Source: an uncultured Alphaproteobacteria bacterium (GTDB lineage Bacteria > Pseudomonadota > Alphaproteobacteria > CAAHEQ01 > UBA3637). Taken from it: a DNA stretch of 55,481 nt. The stretch covers positions 1-55,481 of the forward strand of contig CASDQF010000036.1 of NCBI GenBank assembly GCA_949282845.1, read 5' to 3'. A model generated the notes under the pieces. It saw only the letters and a program-made list of their open reading frames with translations, was not told where the DNA came from and made no database searches. The position numbers and the translations under genes were made by a program. Positions 1-8,387 of the stretch are shown piece after piece; positions within the stretch are counted from its first letter, which is position 1, and each line of letters starts with the position of its first letter.

Positions 1-44
1 CCCAGCATCTCTATCATACTGCGGCCAGTTTGTTTCTTTTTCAT
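1..44 (-). CDS. 5' end of a prepilin-type (class III signal peptide) pilin-like gene, cut by the window edge
   Basis: Reverse complement of 1..44 reads MKKKQTGRSMIEMLG, the same N-terminal motif as the ORFs at 14512, 52116 and 52543. An AAGGAG RBS (plus-strand ctcctt 51..56) lies 6 nt upstream of the ATG. Confidence 0.55.
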   Translation of the reverse strand, partial: MKKKQTGRSMIEML

Positions 45-126
45 GAGTGTCTCCTTATAATTACCGATGAACTGTATTATCTAACATAATTATTATTTTT
101 CAAGTATTATATTTCTAAATATAAAA

Positions 127-684
127 TCAAATTATTGCGCTACGTGGTTGACAGCCGCAATAAGTTTGTCTATAGAGTTGTAGCTCTTTTTGCATAGTTT
201 GTCGAATCTGTTCTAATCCTCCCTTGCGCCAATTCACTGGAAAATAAGGAATTGAACTTTCCTTAAATGCTTTATTTGCAGCACGATTAACCTGTTCAAA
301 ATCTTTATACTTTGAAACTCCTAAAACACTCGATACTGCCTTAAAACCATGCTCTTGCGCATATTTTGCAACTTTCCGCAAACGCATTTCAAAACAAATA
401 TCGCAGCGCTTTCCTCGCTCTGGTTCGGATAAAAGCCCTTTCGTTTTTTCACACCAACATTCATTATCATATTCTAAAGAAACAAAAGGTACGCTAAACT
501 TCTTACATAGTTTTTCATTTTCTTGCCGTCTTCGTTCATATTCCTCAAAAGGACGAATATTGGGATTATAAAAAATAACTGTAAAATTAATGCCAATCTT
601 AGACAAATGCTGAATAACAGCACATGAACAGGGTGCACAACAAGATAAGAGCAACATAGGCTCCGGTAAATTAATTGCGAACAT
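127..684 (-). CDS. queH: epoxyqueuosine reductase QueH (DUF208 family)
   Basis: Motifs LLLSCCAPCS near the N-terminus, CDICF and YCGC near the C-terminus, and a size of about 185 aa. Start chosen at the internal Met (MFAINLPEP) rather than 729. It overlaps the upstream gene's stop by 14 nt. Confidence 0.85.
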   Translation of the reverse strand: MFAINLPEPMLLLSCCAPCSCAVIQHLSKIGINFTVIFYNPNIRPFEEYERRRQENEKLCKKFSVPFVSLEYDNECWCEKTKGLLSEPERGKRCDICFEMRLRKVAKYAQEHGFKAVSSVLGVSKYKDFEQVNRAANKAFKESSIPYFPVNWRKGGLEQIRQTMQKELQLYRQTYCGCQPRSAII

Positions 685-1615
685 GTGCTTCCTCTCGTAA
701 AAAGTACAAATGACCGTTCCAACAATCATCCCCCTCCCACAAACTTTGGGGATTAGATCGCTCTATCAAGTCAGATAAACCATTAAACAGTTCCTTTTTC
801 CCTGAAAGACATCCTTCTAAGGGCCATTGAGGATGATAAACAACTGCTCGCCGAGCTGTGTCCATAATGTCTATCGCCTTTTGCTCCATCACTTCATCGG
901 AAATGATAGGAGAATCATCAAACTCTTTAAAACCATCTACTAATATTTTATGATACGCATTCTTTCGTACTTTATTATCTTCGCTTTTATAAATATCCGA
1001 TAAAACTGGCTCTATCAGAGAAAAAAAATACTCAGGAACACCTTTCATATGTTGGAGAAAAATTTTTTTCAAACATTGTCTCTTCTTTATTAAATCTGCT
1101 TTAAGAGCAAAATTATCTGTTACTCTAATCATGCTATGCATTTGTTTTAAAGTTTGACACACTAATTCTCCTCCGATGAAGAAGAAATTTCGAGCATTAG
1201 AATTGCGAGAACCAAAGTAATTACTTTTATTCATTTGTTTTATCTTTTCAAAAAACTCTATAGGGTAATAAATCCCTTTCATTTCTTGAGAATGTTTTTC
1301 CATTTTTTTTAAACTTAATGGCAAAACTAAAGCATGCATAATATCGTAATCAATTTCCGGACGAATCTGCTTCAATTCATCAAAAGCTTGTAATTCACAA
1401 GTAATAGCCGTTAACACATCCTCAGAACTATAAACTTCATGTTCCCCACTACTCAAATCATCTTCCAAGCTTAAACGTTGAATAAAATCTCGATATTCTT
1501 TGACCGACATTAAGCCTAAGTACAGAAATATAGACGGATGATAATTACCGTCTTTAATGTATTTAAAAAAAGGATTTTGATGAGGCTTTAAAATTTTATT
1601 GAAAAATGAAGCCAT
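671..1615 (-). CDS. hypothetical protein (314 aa), no recognisable domain
   Basis: Long uninterrupted ORF in AT-rich DNA with protein-like composition. Its 3' end overlaps the queH start, suggesting co-transcription. Confidence 0.6.
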   Translation of the reverse strand: MASFFNKILKPHQNPFFKYIKDGNYHPSIFLYLGLMSVKEYRDFIQRLSLEDDLSSGEHEVYSSEDVLTAITCELQAFDELKQIRPEIDYDIMHALVLPLSLKKMEKHSQEMKGIYYPIEFFEKIKQMNKSNYFGSRNSNARNFFFIGGELVCQTLKQMHSMIRVTDNFALKADLIKKRQCLKKIFLQHMKGVPEYFFSLIEPVLSDIYKSEDNKVRKNAYHKILVDGFKEFDDSPIISDEVMEQKAIDIMDTARRAVVYHPQWPLEGCLSGKKELFNGLSDLIERSNPQSLWEGDDCWNGHLYFLREEAHVRN

Positions 1616-1773
1616 ATTTCTTCTCCTTTTTTAAGTTGATTATATAGATTTTCTTTATTTTGTCAAGATTTTTAAATCCTAGATAACTTCAATTTATTTC
1701 TATTAATAGTCTTTTAAAAAAGATAAAAATCAATAAATTATAATACTTTAAAATAGATATATTAGAATATTTT

Positions 1774-1799
1774 AAAAGGGATACGAAAGTATCCCTTTT
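1774..1799 (-). terminator. rho-independent terminator downstream of tRNA-Arg
   Basis: Stem aaaagggatac / gtatccctttt with a gaaa loop. On the minus strand it is followed by TTTTAAAATATT. Confidence 0.6.
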
Positions 1800-1805
1800 C
1801 ATGTC

Positions 1806-1882
1806 TGGCGCGCCCAAGAAGATTCGAACTCCTAGCCTTCTGATCCGTAGTCAGATGCTCTATCCAATTGAGCTATGGGCGC
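1806..1882 (-). tRNA. tRNA-Arg (anticodon ACG), CCA encoded
   Basis: The reverse complement folds as a cloverleaf. Acceptor stem GCGCCCA/TGGGCGC, anticodon stem TCTGA/TCAGA with loop CTACGGA, T-arm AGGAG-TTCGAAT-CTTCT, 77 nt ending GCCA. Confidence 0.95.
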
Positions 1883-1930
1883 AAGATGAGAGTGTTATAT
1901 CCGAATTCCCTCTTAATTGCAAGCTTTTTT

Positions 1931-2662
1931 TTATGCACATCGTTCGTTTGTTTTCTTAGTCAGCTCAAACGGTAAAGAAAAACGAGACTTAACTTCTGTT
2001 TTTCTTATTAAAAAGCTCGAATCCAAACCAAGCTTTTGAGCATAAAAAGAAACTTTTTGTTCAAATAAATCTTCATTAATATTCTTTGCCGACTCTGGCC
2101 AATACTTGGAAACAGTCTTTAAAGCGTTTTGTAGAGAATTCATTTGTGTTAAAGTCTCAGAACCCATCTCCAAATTTTGAGCCTCTAATACGGCAGTACA
2201 ATTTATACGATAAGAATTCCAGACCTGATCTTGATAAATACCACCGATAGAATCAACAGCTGTTAAAATATCTAAACAAGCCGCTTGATCTTCCTGTTTT
2301 TTAGCCTCCTCATAAGCTGCATATAGAACAGTTAATCCCTTTTCCAAAAAAGCAAAAGAATGCTGAGGGAACGAATCAACCGAAGAATGAAGACGTACTT
2401 CAGCAGATCTTCTAGAAAACTCGACATCTTGAACACGTAGACCAACGAAAACCGAACGCACATTTAAGTAATGTTGTGCAGCTTTCAAAACAAATAAATT
2501 GTTACATACAACATCATACAAAGACTCATTAGATGTTTGTCTGTTTTCCTGGCCAAAAAGGACCTTCATGGCTTGCTCTATGGAACCTTGCACTTTTGCG
2601 CTGTTTCCACAATCCGTCCAATCCTTGCTTAACATGTCAAAACTCTCCTTTTCTCTTGACAA
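1931..2662 (-). CDS. hypothetical protein (243 aa), no recognisable domain or signal peptide
   Basis: Long ORF. The alternative start at Met10 (MLSKDW) cannot be excluded. Confidence 0.55.
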   Translation of the reverse strand: MSREKESFDMLSKDWTDCGNSAKVQGSIEQAMKVLFGQENRQTSNESLYDVVCNNLFVLKAAQHYLNVRSVFVGLRVQDVEFSRRSAEVRLHSSVDSFPQHSFAFLEKGLTVLYAAYEEAKKQEDQAACLDILTAVDSIGGIYQDQVWNSYRINCTAVLEAQNLEMGSETLTQMNSLQNALKTVSKYWPESAKNINEDLFEQKVSFYAQKLGLDSSFLIRKTEVKSRFSLPFELTKKTNERCA

Positions 2663-3046
2663 TTTTTACTTTTTTCTCAAACAGGAATAAAAATCCATTA
2701 TAACGAAAGCAGAGATTTATGTCAATAAAAAATTAACAAAAAGTTAACAAAGAACATTCTTATGACACTTCTCATTAAAAATCTTTATTTTACAAAAGGA
2801 AAATCTAGAAAAAAGTTTTTATCAACGACTCGATTATTTCTTTTTTCACAAAGAAAAACGAATCAAAGTGAAGAATGATTTTACCTTTAACAAAAAAAAT
2901 AACTCACCGTTTCAAAATAAATAGCTTATTCTTTTTTCTTCAATAATTAACCTCATGCGATATTTCTGTTAAAATAAAAGTAAGTAATATAAACTCAAAA
3001 GAGGAGAAAAATAGCTCTTTTAAAAGTACTTTCAAAAGTTGGAAAA

Positions 3047-3274
3047 ATGACAACATCTCTTGCTGCCTCCGCAACGTTTCTTTTATCACCAAATGTGAAA
3101 GCTGATGAAGAAAATGACGCTAAAAAAATTGAAATTTTAACAGAAACATTTAATGGAACAACTGTGATAGAACCGATAAAAATAGAACAAACTTATACTG
3201 AAGAAAACAGAAATACAGACACTCGGAAGAATAATGCTATGCGCAACATTTTGAAAGGACAAAACAATCGTTAA
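3047..3274 (+). CDS. small hypothetical, possibly secreted protein
   Basis: 75-aa ORF. The in-frame upstream sequence from 3011 (ATA) would add a basic n-region, giving a textbook signal peptide ending VKA|DEEN. A GAGGAG RBS at 3001..3006 fits 3011 better than 3047. Confidence 0.35.
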   Translation: MTTSLAASATFLLSPNVKADEENDAKKIEILTETFNGTTVIEPIKIEQTYTEENRNTDTRKNNAMRNILKGQNNR

Positions 3275-3318
3275 TAATAATTTGTTATTGAATAGAAGAT
3301 TTTAAAAGTAAAAAAAAC

Positions 3319-3347
3319 TTGCTATTTTTTTAATTCTATTATATAAG
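3319..3347 (+). promoter_or_regulatory. candidate sigma70-type promoter for rpmI-rplT
   Basis: TTGCTA (3319..3324), a 17-nt spacer, then TATAAG (3342..3347), about 80 nt upstream of the rpmI ATG. Confidence 0.35.
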
Positions 3348-3428
3348 AGAATCCTTGACAGCTAAAAAGGCTATGGGATGCCTTCAGGCTAAAGGTTTTA
3401 ACGTTAATAAAATAATAAAGGATAAAAA

Positions 3429-3623
3429 ATGCCCAAATTAAAAACAAAATCTGCCGTGAAAAAGCGGTTTTCTTTAACTGCAACCGGCAAAATCAAAAGA
3501 ACAACGGCTTTCAAACGCCATTGCTTAGCTTGTAAAACAACAAAAATGAAACGTCAGGCACGTGGTGGTCGCATTTTAGATGTGACGAATTTTAAAACAG
3601 TCGAACGTTTTATGAACGGTTAA
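3429..3623 (+). CDS. rpmI: 50S ribosomal protein L35
   Basis: [15 protein letters not shown]-terminus, 64 aa, highly basic, directly upstream of rplT. Confidence 0.95.
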   Translation: MPKLKTKSAVKKRFSLTATGKIKRTTAFKRHCLACKTTKMKRQARGGRILDVTNFKTVERFMNG

Positions 3624-3637
3624 AAGGAGTTTGAAAA

Positions 3638-3997
3638 ATGGCTAGAGTAAAAAGAGGCGTTGTTTCTCACGCTAAACATAAAAAAATCTTGGATTTGGCA
3701 AAAGGCTATAGAGGCCGCAACTCCAAAGTTTACACTGTTGCAAAAGAAAAAGTTGAAAAAGCTTTAGTTTATGCCTATCGTGATCGCCGTCGGAAGAAAA
3801 GTAATTTCCGCTCTTTGTGGATTGCTCGTATCAACGCAGGCGTCCGGGCTGAAGGCTTAACTTATTCCCGATTTATGAACGGGCTGAGACAGGCCGGAAT
3901 TGAACTGGACCGCAAGGTTTTAGCAGATATTGCTTTAAATGATGCGACAAGCTTTGCCGGTTTGGTTGAAAAAGCCAAGACGGCATTAAAAGTGTAA
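3638..3997 (+). CDS. rplT: 50S ribosomal protein L20
   Basis: [18 protein letters not shown]...GYRG...[10 protein letters not shown]...LWIARINA, the typical L20 sequence. Confidence 0.97.
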   Translation: MARVKRGVVSHAKHKKILDLAKGYRGRNSKVYTVAKEKVEKALVYAYRDRRRKKSNFRSLWIARINAGVRAEGLTYSRFMNGLRQAGIELDRKVLADIALNDATSFAGLVEKAKTALKV

Positions 3998-4020
3998 AAA
4001 AAACACGCTAAAAAAAAGAA

Positions 4021-4050
4021 AAGGCCGTTGCAAAAAACGGCCTTTTTTAT
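4021..4050 (+). terminator. rho-independent terminator or attenuator between rplT and pheS
   Basis: Stem aaggccgtt / aacggcctt with loop gcaaaa, followed by ttttat. Confidence 0.75.
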
Positions 4051-4086
4051 TATGCTGTAGTATCCAAAAATAAAGGGGATATAAAA

Positions 4087-5172
4087 ATGAACAAAGTAGA
4101 GGAACTTAAACCACAAATTTTAACAAGAATCAATGAAGCGTCTTCATTACAAGTATTAGAAGATATCCGCGTTTCCGTTCTAGGGAAAAAAGGTGAAATA
4201 ACAGAAATGATGAAAACACTTGGCAGTTTACCTCCCGAAGAAAGAAAACTGGCCGGACAAGTTTTAAATGAATTTAAAACTGAAATCACGACAGCTCTAG
4301 ATGCTAAAAAAACAGCTTTAGAAGAAGCTGAATTAAACAGACGTTTAGCTACTGAAACCATAGATGTGACACTTCCGATTCGTCCCAAACAACAAGGGAG
4401 AGTTCATCCTGTTAGCCAGGTGATGGAAGAAATGCTCACAATCTTTGCTCAAATGGGCTTTGATTTAGCCGAAGGACCTGATATAGAAGATGATTGGCAT
4501 TGTTTTGAAGCTTTAAATTTTCCCCCTTCTCACCCGGCACGTCAAATGCAAGCAACTTTCTTTATGGAAAACACAGATGGAAATGTCTTAAGGACACATA
4601 CCTCTCCTGTTCAAATTCGTGCGATGGAGAATCAAAAACCACCTATTCGAATTGTTGCCCCCGGGAGAACTTATCGCTGCGACTATGATATGACACACAC
4701 ACCAATGTTCCATCAAATTGAAGGACTCGTGATTGACACAGAAACAAACATGGGACATTTAAAAGGTGTTCTAGCTGATTTTATGAAAAAGTTTTTTGAA
4801 GTGGATGATGTTCCTATTCGTTTTCGTCCTTCTTTTTTCCCTTTTACAGAACCTTCTGCGGAAGTTGATATTGGTTGTTCACGTAAAAACGGTGAATTTA
4901 AAATTGAAAGCGGTAAAGGTTGGATGGAAGTATTAGGATGTGGAATGGTTCATCCTAATGTTCTTAAGAATTGTGGTTTAGATCCAGAAGTTTATCAAGG
5001 TTTTGCCTTTGGGTTTGGCGTAGATCGTTTTGCAATGTTAAAATATGGCATTCCAGATTTACGCGGTTTCTTTGATGCCGATATGCGTTGGCTAAAACAT
5101 TATGGTTTTGTCCCATTGGATATTCCGACGATTACAAGTGGTTTAAGCGCGAATGGAGGCGCAAAAAGATGA
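4087..5172 (+). CDS. pheS: phenylalanine--tRNA ligase alpha subunit
   Basis: Class II aaRS motifs: [55 protein letters not shown]. Confidence 0.97.
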   Translation: MNKVEELKPQILTRINEASSLQVLEDIRVSVLGKKGEITEMMKTLGSLPPEERKLAGQVLNEFKTEITTALDAKKTALEEAELNRRLATETIDVTLPIRPKQQGRVHPVSQVMEEMLTIFAQMGFDLAEGPDIEDDWHCFEALNFPPSHPARQMQATFFMENTDGNVLRTHTSPVQIRAMENQKPPIRIVAPGRTYRCDYDMTHTPMFHQIEGLVIDTETNMGHLKGVLADFMKKFFEVDDVPIRFRPSFFPFTEPSAEVDIGCSRKNGEFKIESGKGWMEVLGCGMVHPNVLKNCGLDPEVYQGFAFGFGVDRFAMLKYGIPDLRGFFDADMRWLKHYGFVPLDIPTITSGLSANGGAKR

Positions 5173-7529
5173 AATTTTCTCTTTCTTGGTTAAAAGATTA
5201 TTTAGATACAACAGCATCTGCAACAGACATTTCTGAGACACTGACTCGTATTGGATTAGAGGTTGAAGAAATGACAGACACAGCTTCAGCGTTAAAAGAT
5301 TTTATCGTTGGGGAAATCAAAACTGTTGAAAAGCATCCTAATGCAGACAAGCTGAATTTACTGACTGTCTGGACAGGAAAAGAAACTTTACAAATTGTTT
5401 GTGGAGCTCCTAATTGCCGTGTTGGTATGAAAAGTGTTTTAGCCTTACCCGGTGTTATGATTCCGAAATATGGTGAAAAACTAGAAAAAGGTGTTATTCG
5501 TGGTATAGAAAGTCAAGGAATGATGTGTGCGGAAGATGAACTTTGCCTTGGCGCAGACCATACCGGCATTATTGACTTAAAAACAGACTTACCTGCAGGA
5601 ACTCCTTTTGTGGATATTTTGCAACCGGATATCATCTTCGATGTAAATGTAACTCCTAATCGAGGTGATTGTTTTGGCGTTAAAGGAATTGCCCGAGATT
5701 TAGCTGCTGCCGGCTTAGGAACACTCAAAACAACAGATGTGTCTCCAGTTCAGGGGACATTCAAAAGCCCGGTTAATGTCACAATTGAAACGCCAGATTG
5801 CCCCGTATTCGTTGCTCGTTACATTAAAGGAGTTAAAAATGTTGAAAGCCCTGCTTGGCTGAAGAAAAAACTAATTGCAGCTGGCTTACGTCCTATTTCA
5901 GCATTAGTAGATGTGACCAACTATTTCAATATTGGCGAAAATAGACCTCTCCATGTCTTTGACGCAGATAAATTAACAGGAAATTTATGTGTTCGCTCAG
6001 CAAAAGACGGAGAAAAGTTAGACGCACTAGATGAACGAATTTATACTTTAAAAGAAGGCATGGTTGTTGTCGCGGATGAAACAGGACCTCAGAGTATCGC
6101 CGGTGTTATGGGAGGCACTCCGACAGGATGTAGTTCTGAAACAGTTAATGTTGTTTTAGAATCGGCCTATTTCAATCCGATTTCCATTGCAAAAACAGGC
6201 CGTGAATTAAATGCTGAATCAGATTCCAGAACACGTTTTGAAAGAGGAATTGATCCTAAAGCAACTATTCAAGGAGCAGAAAATGCAACACGGTTAATTT
6301 TAGATATTTGTGGAGGAGAAGCTTCTGAACTTGTTATTGCTGGTGCTGAACCCAATGAAAAACGTATCATCAATTTCAATTGGAGTACTGTCAACAAACT
6401 GTGTGGCATGGATATTGCAAAAGAAAAGATGATTGAAATTTTAACTCATTTAGGGTTTGAAATCAGTGGTAATGCTATCACTGTTCCTTCATGGCGTTTA
6501 AATGATATTCGATATCCGGCCGATATTGTAGAAGAAATCGTTCGTATTTACGGCTACGATTCTTTACCTGCTTTATCCATGAAGACAGATGAAATTATTA
6601 CATCAACTTTAAAGCCTCATCAAAAAAATGAGATTGCTGTCCGTAGAGCTTTAGCAAATGAGGGCTTATGTCAGGCCATCACTTGGTCATTCATGGACAG
6701 TCGTCTTGCAGCTTTATTTGGTTCAAAAGGTTTAAAAATTTTAAATCCAATTGCTTCTGATTTAGATGAAGTACGTCCTTCTCTTGTTCCGAACTTATTA
6801 TCCGCTGTTAAACGAAATAATGACAAAGGAATTGCTGATGTCGCTTTATTCGAAGTCGGACCAGCATTTACAGGTGTTCAACCAGGAGAACAAAAAACAA
6901 TTGCCTGTGCTATTCGTTCAGGAAAAACAGGACCACGTCATTGGGCAGAAAAAGAACGCTCTATTGATGCTTTTGATGCAAAATCTGATGCTATTGCAGT
7001 TTTAGCAGCCGTTAACGCACCTATTACAAGCCTCCAAGTATTTAAAAATGCACCGGCTTGGTATCATCCTGGTCGTTCCGGTGCTTTATGCTTAGGAAAA
7101 ACTGTCCTAGCTGTCTTTGGAGAATTACATCCGAAGATTTTAAATGCATTCGATGTAAAAGGACCTGTTGTCGCATGTGAAGTCTATCTAGATGCTGTGC
7201 CTCCTTCTAAAGGGAAGACAAAAGCTAAGGCCTTAAAAGTTTCTGCATTAATGCCATTAACTCGAGATTTTGCTTTCGTAATGGATCAAAATGTAGAAGC
7301 TTCAAAACTTTTAAATGCTATCAAAGGCTTGGATAAAGAGTTAATTGAGGATGTTCGTATCTTTGACGTTTACCAAGGAGACAAACTCCCAGAGGGAAAA
7401 AAATCTCTTGCCGTAGAGGTTGTTATTCAACCTAAAGAAAAAACGCTCACAGATGAAGAAATCGACTTATTATCTCAACGCATCATTGGTATCGCTGCCA
7501 AAGTTGCAGGTGCCGAACTAAGAGCATAA
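5169..7529 (+). CDS. pheT: phenylalanine--tRNA ligase beta subunit
   Basis: Starts [12 protein letters not shown] with an ATGA overlap on the pheS stop. Has the tRNA-binding domain (EKHPNADKL) plus B3/4 and B5 regions and a C-terminal anticodon-binding-like domain. Confidence 0.97.
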   Translation: MKFSLSWLKDYLDTTASATDISETLTRIGLEVEEMTDTASALKDFIVGEIKTVEKHPNADKLNLLTVWTGKETLQIVCGAPNCRVGMKSVLALPGVMIPKYGEKLEKGVIRGIESQGMMCAEDELCLGADHTGIIDLKTDLPAGTPFVDILQPDIIFDVNVTPNRGDCFGVKGIARDLAAAGLGTLKTTDVSPVQGTFKSPVNVTIETPDCPVFVARYIKGVKNVESPAWLKKKLIAAGLRPISALVDVTNYFNIGENRPLHVFDADKLTGNLCVRSAKDGEKLDALDERIYTLKEGMVVVADETGPQSIAGVMGGTPTGCSSETVNVVLESAYFNPISIAKTGRELNAESDSRTRFERGIDPKATIQGAENATRLILDICGGEASELVIAGAEPNEKRIINFNWSTVNKLCGMDIAKEKMIEILTHLGFEISGNAITVPSWRLNDIRYPADIVEEIVRIYGYDSLPALSMKTDEIITSTLKPHQKNEIAVRRALANEGLCQAITWSFMDSRLAALFGSKGLKILNPIASDLDEVRPSLVPNLLSAVKRNNDKGIADVALFEVGPAFTGVQPGEQKTIACAIRSGKTGPRHWAEKERSIDAFDAKSDAIAVLAAVNAPITSLQVFKNAPAWYHPGRSGALCLGKTVLAVFGELHPKILNAFDVKGPVVACEVYLDAVPPSKGKTKAKALKVSALMPLTRDFAFVMDQNVEASKLLNAIKGLDKELIEDVRIFDVYQGDKLPEGKKSLAVEVVIQPKEKTLTDEEIDLLSQRIIGIAAKVAGAELRA

Positions 7530-7543
7530 AAAGCAATACTTTT

Positions 7544-7573
7544 AAAAGCCTCTCTTTTGAGAGGCTTTTTTTT
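7544..7573 (+). terminator. rho-independent terminator after pheT
   Basis: Stem aaaagcctctc / gagaggctttt with loop tttt, followed by a T-run. Confidence 0.8.
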
Positions 7574-7650
7574 ATATTAATGTTAAAAATTTGACTATTC
7601 TTTTCGCCTTACATATAATAAATTACATAGGATTAAAGAGGAAAAGGAAA

Positions 7651-8264
7651 ATGCCTGTAAAACAAGTTTATCATCTTCTTATTTTTATTCACTAATTTAC
7701 ACACTTATTTTTATATTTGCATGTGAATCTCTTTCAATAGCAAAAACGATTAATCGAAAAGCTTACAAAGTTTGCAAAGAACAAGAAACTGCCTATTGGA
7801 ATGGATCTTCTGCCGGTTGTTGTGATACGACAGCTAATTATGCTTTAGTCAAAAATTATATTGATGGTCAAACAGAAACACCTTATATCTGTTGCAAGCT
7901 TCAGAAAGACGACGGAGACTATACTGATTATACAGTAGTAGGTGCAGTCAATGGAACGTGTTGTGGTGGATATGCTAAAAATGAGTACAGCATGATAACC
8001 CCAGATGATGCTGATCCAAGCAAAGAAGCAATAGTTCATTTTTCACATACAGAAACTTTTTCCGTTCAAAAAAATCAAGGGGGTTATTATTGTGGATCAG
8101 AATATAAATACATTATAACATATAAAGGAGAAACAACCACTAATGTAGAAACAAAGCTTGTCACACCAGAAAAATGGTGTTTTTACAATTATCTTGATCC
8201 AAAAGGAAATTATTGTGTATGTAGTTCAATTGGTGATCCCGAAAGTGGAGAAATTTGTAGCTAA
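7651..8264 (+). pseudogene. Cys-rich secreted protein with its signal peptide split by a 1-nt frameshift; the ATG-initiated remnant ORF is 7992..8264
   Basis: ATG at 7651 with RBS AAGAGGAAAAGGAAA gives MPVKQVYHLLIFIH then a stop. The frame of ORF 7992..8264 is stop-free back to 7587 and reads LIYTLIFIFACESLSIA|KT... followed by CC-doublet-rich sequence. It has no ATG, GTG or TTG before 7992. One extra T in the T5 run at 7682..7686 would join the two frames. Confidence 0.5.
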
Positions 8265-8387
8265 ATAACTTCATTTTCAGTTTTAGATTATTTAACTTTT
8301 TTCAAACTCTCATAACAAAGTTCACACTTAACCTCTAATTCTCTCCAAGAGACCTCTCGAATCTTTTAAAGAATATCTGATTAAGGA

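Noticed and set aside
1616-3046. Genomic island or integrated mobile element at tRNA-Arg
   Set aside because: No integrase, transposase, phage gene or duplicated tRNA 3' end was found in the flanks. Only orphan ORFs and AT-rich spacers are present.
3355-3428. Possible L20-responsive translational operator in the rpmI leader (hairpin AAGGC-N8-GCCTT at 3367..3384)
   Set aside because: Only one short 5-bp hairpin is visible. The second pairing I considered would leave a 2-nt loop, which is not feasible. There is no recognisable pseudoknot or mimic of the 23S L20 site, so the evidence is too thin.
4050-4388. Antisense or overlapping ORFs within conserved genes, for example 4050..4388, 3862..4116, 9103..9348, 9453..9737, 35014..35376, 40115..40561, 47256..47822, 48054..48560 and 52164..52513
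   Set aside because: Each lies opposite to or out of frame with a gene carrying strong conserved motifs. Their translations are low-complexity or mirror images of the sense protein. None has start-site support.
5088-5168. N-terminal extension of the pheT ORF ([27 protein letters not shown])
   Set aside because: It lies entirely inside the pheS coding sequence in another frame. The conserved PheT N-terminus [12 protein letters not shown] begins at 5169, with an ATGA overlap on the pheS stop.
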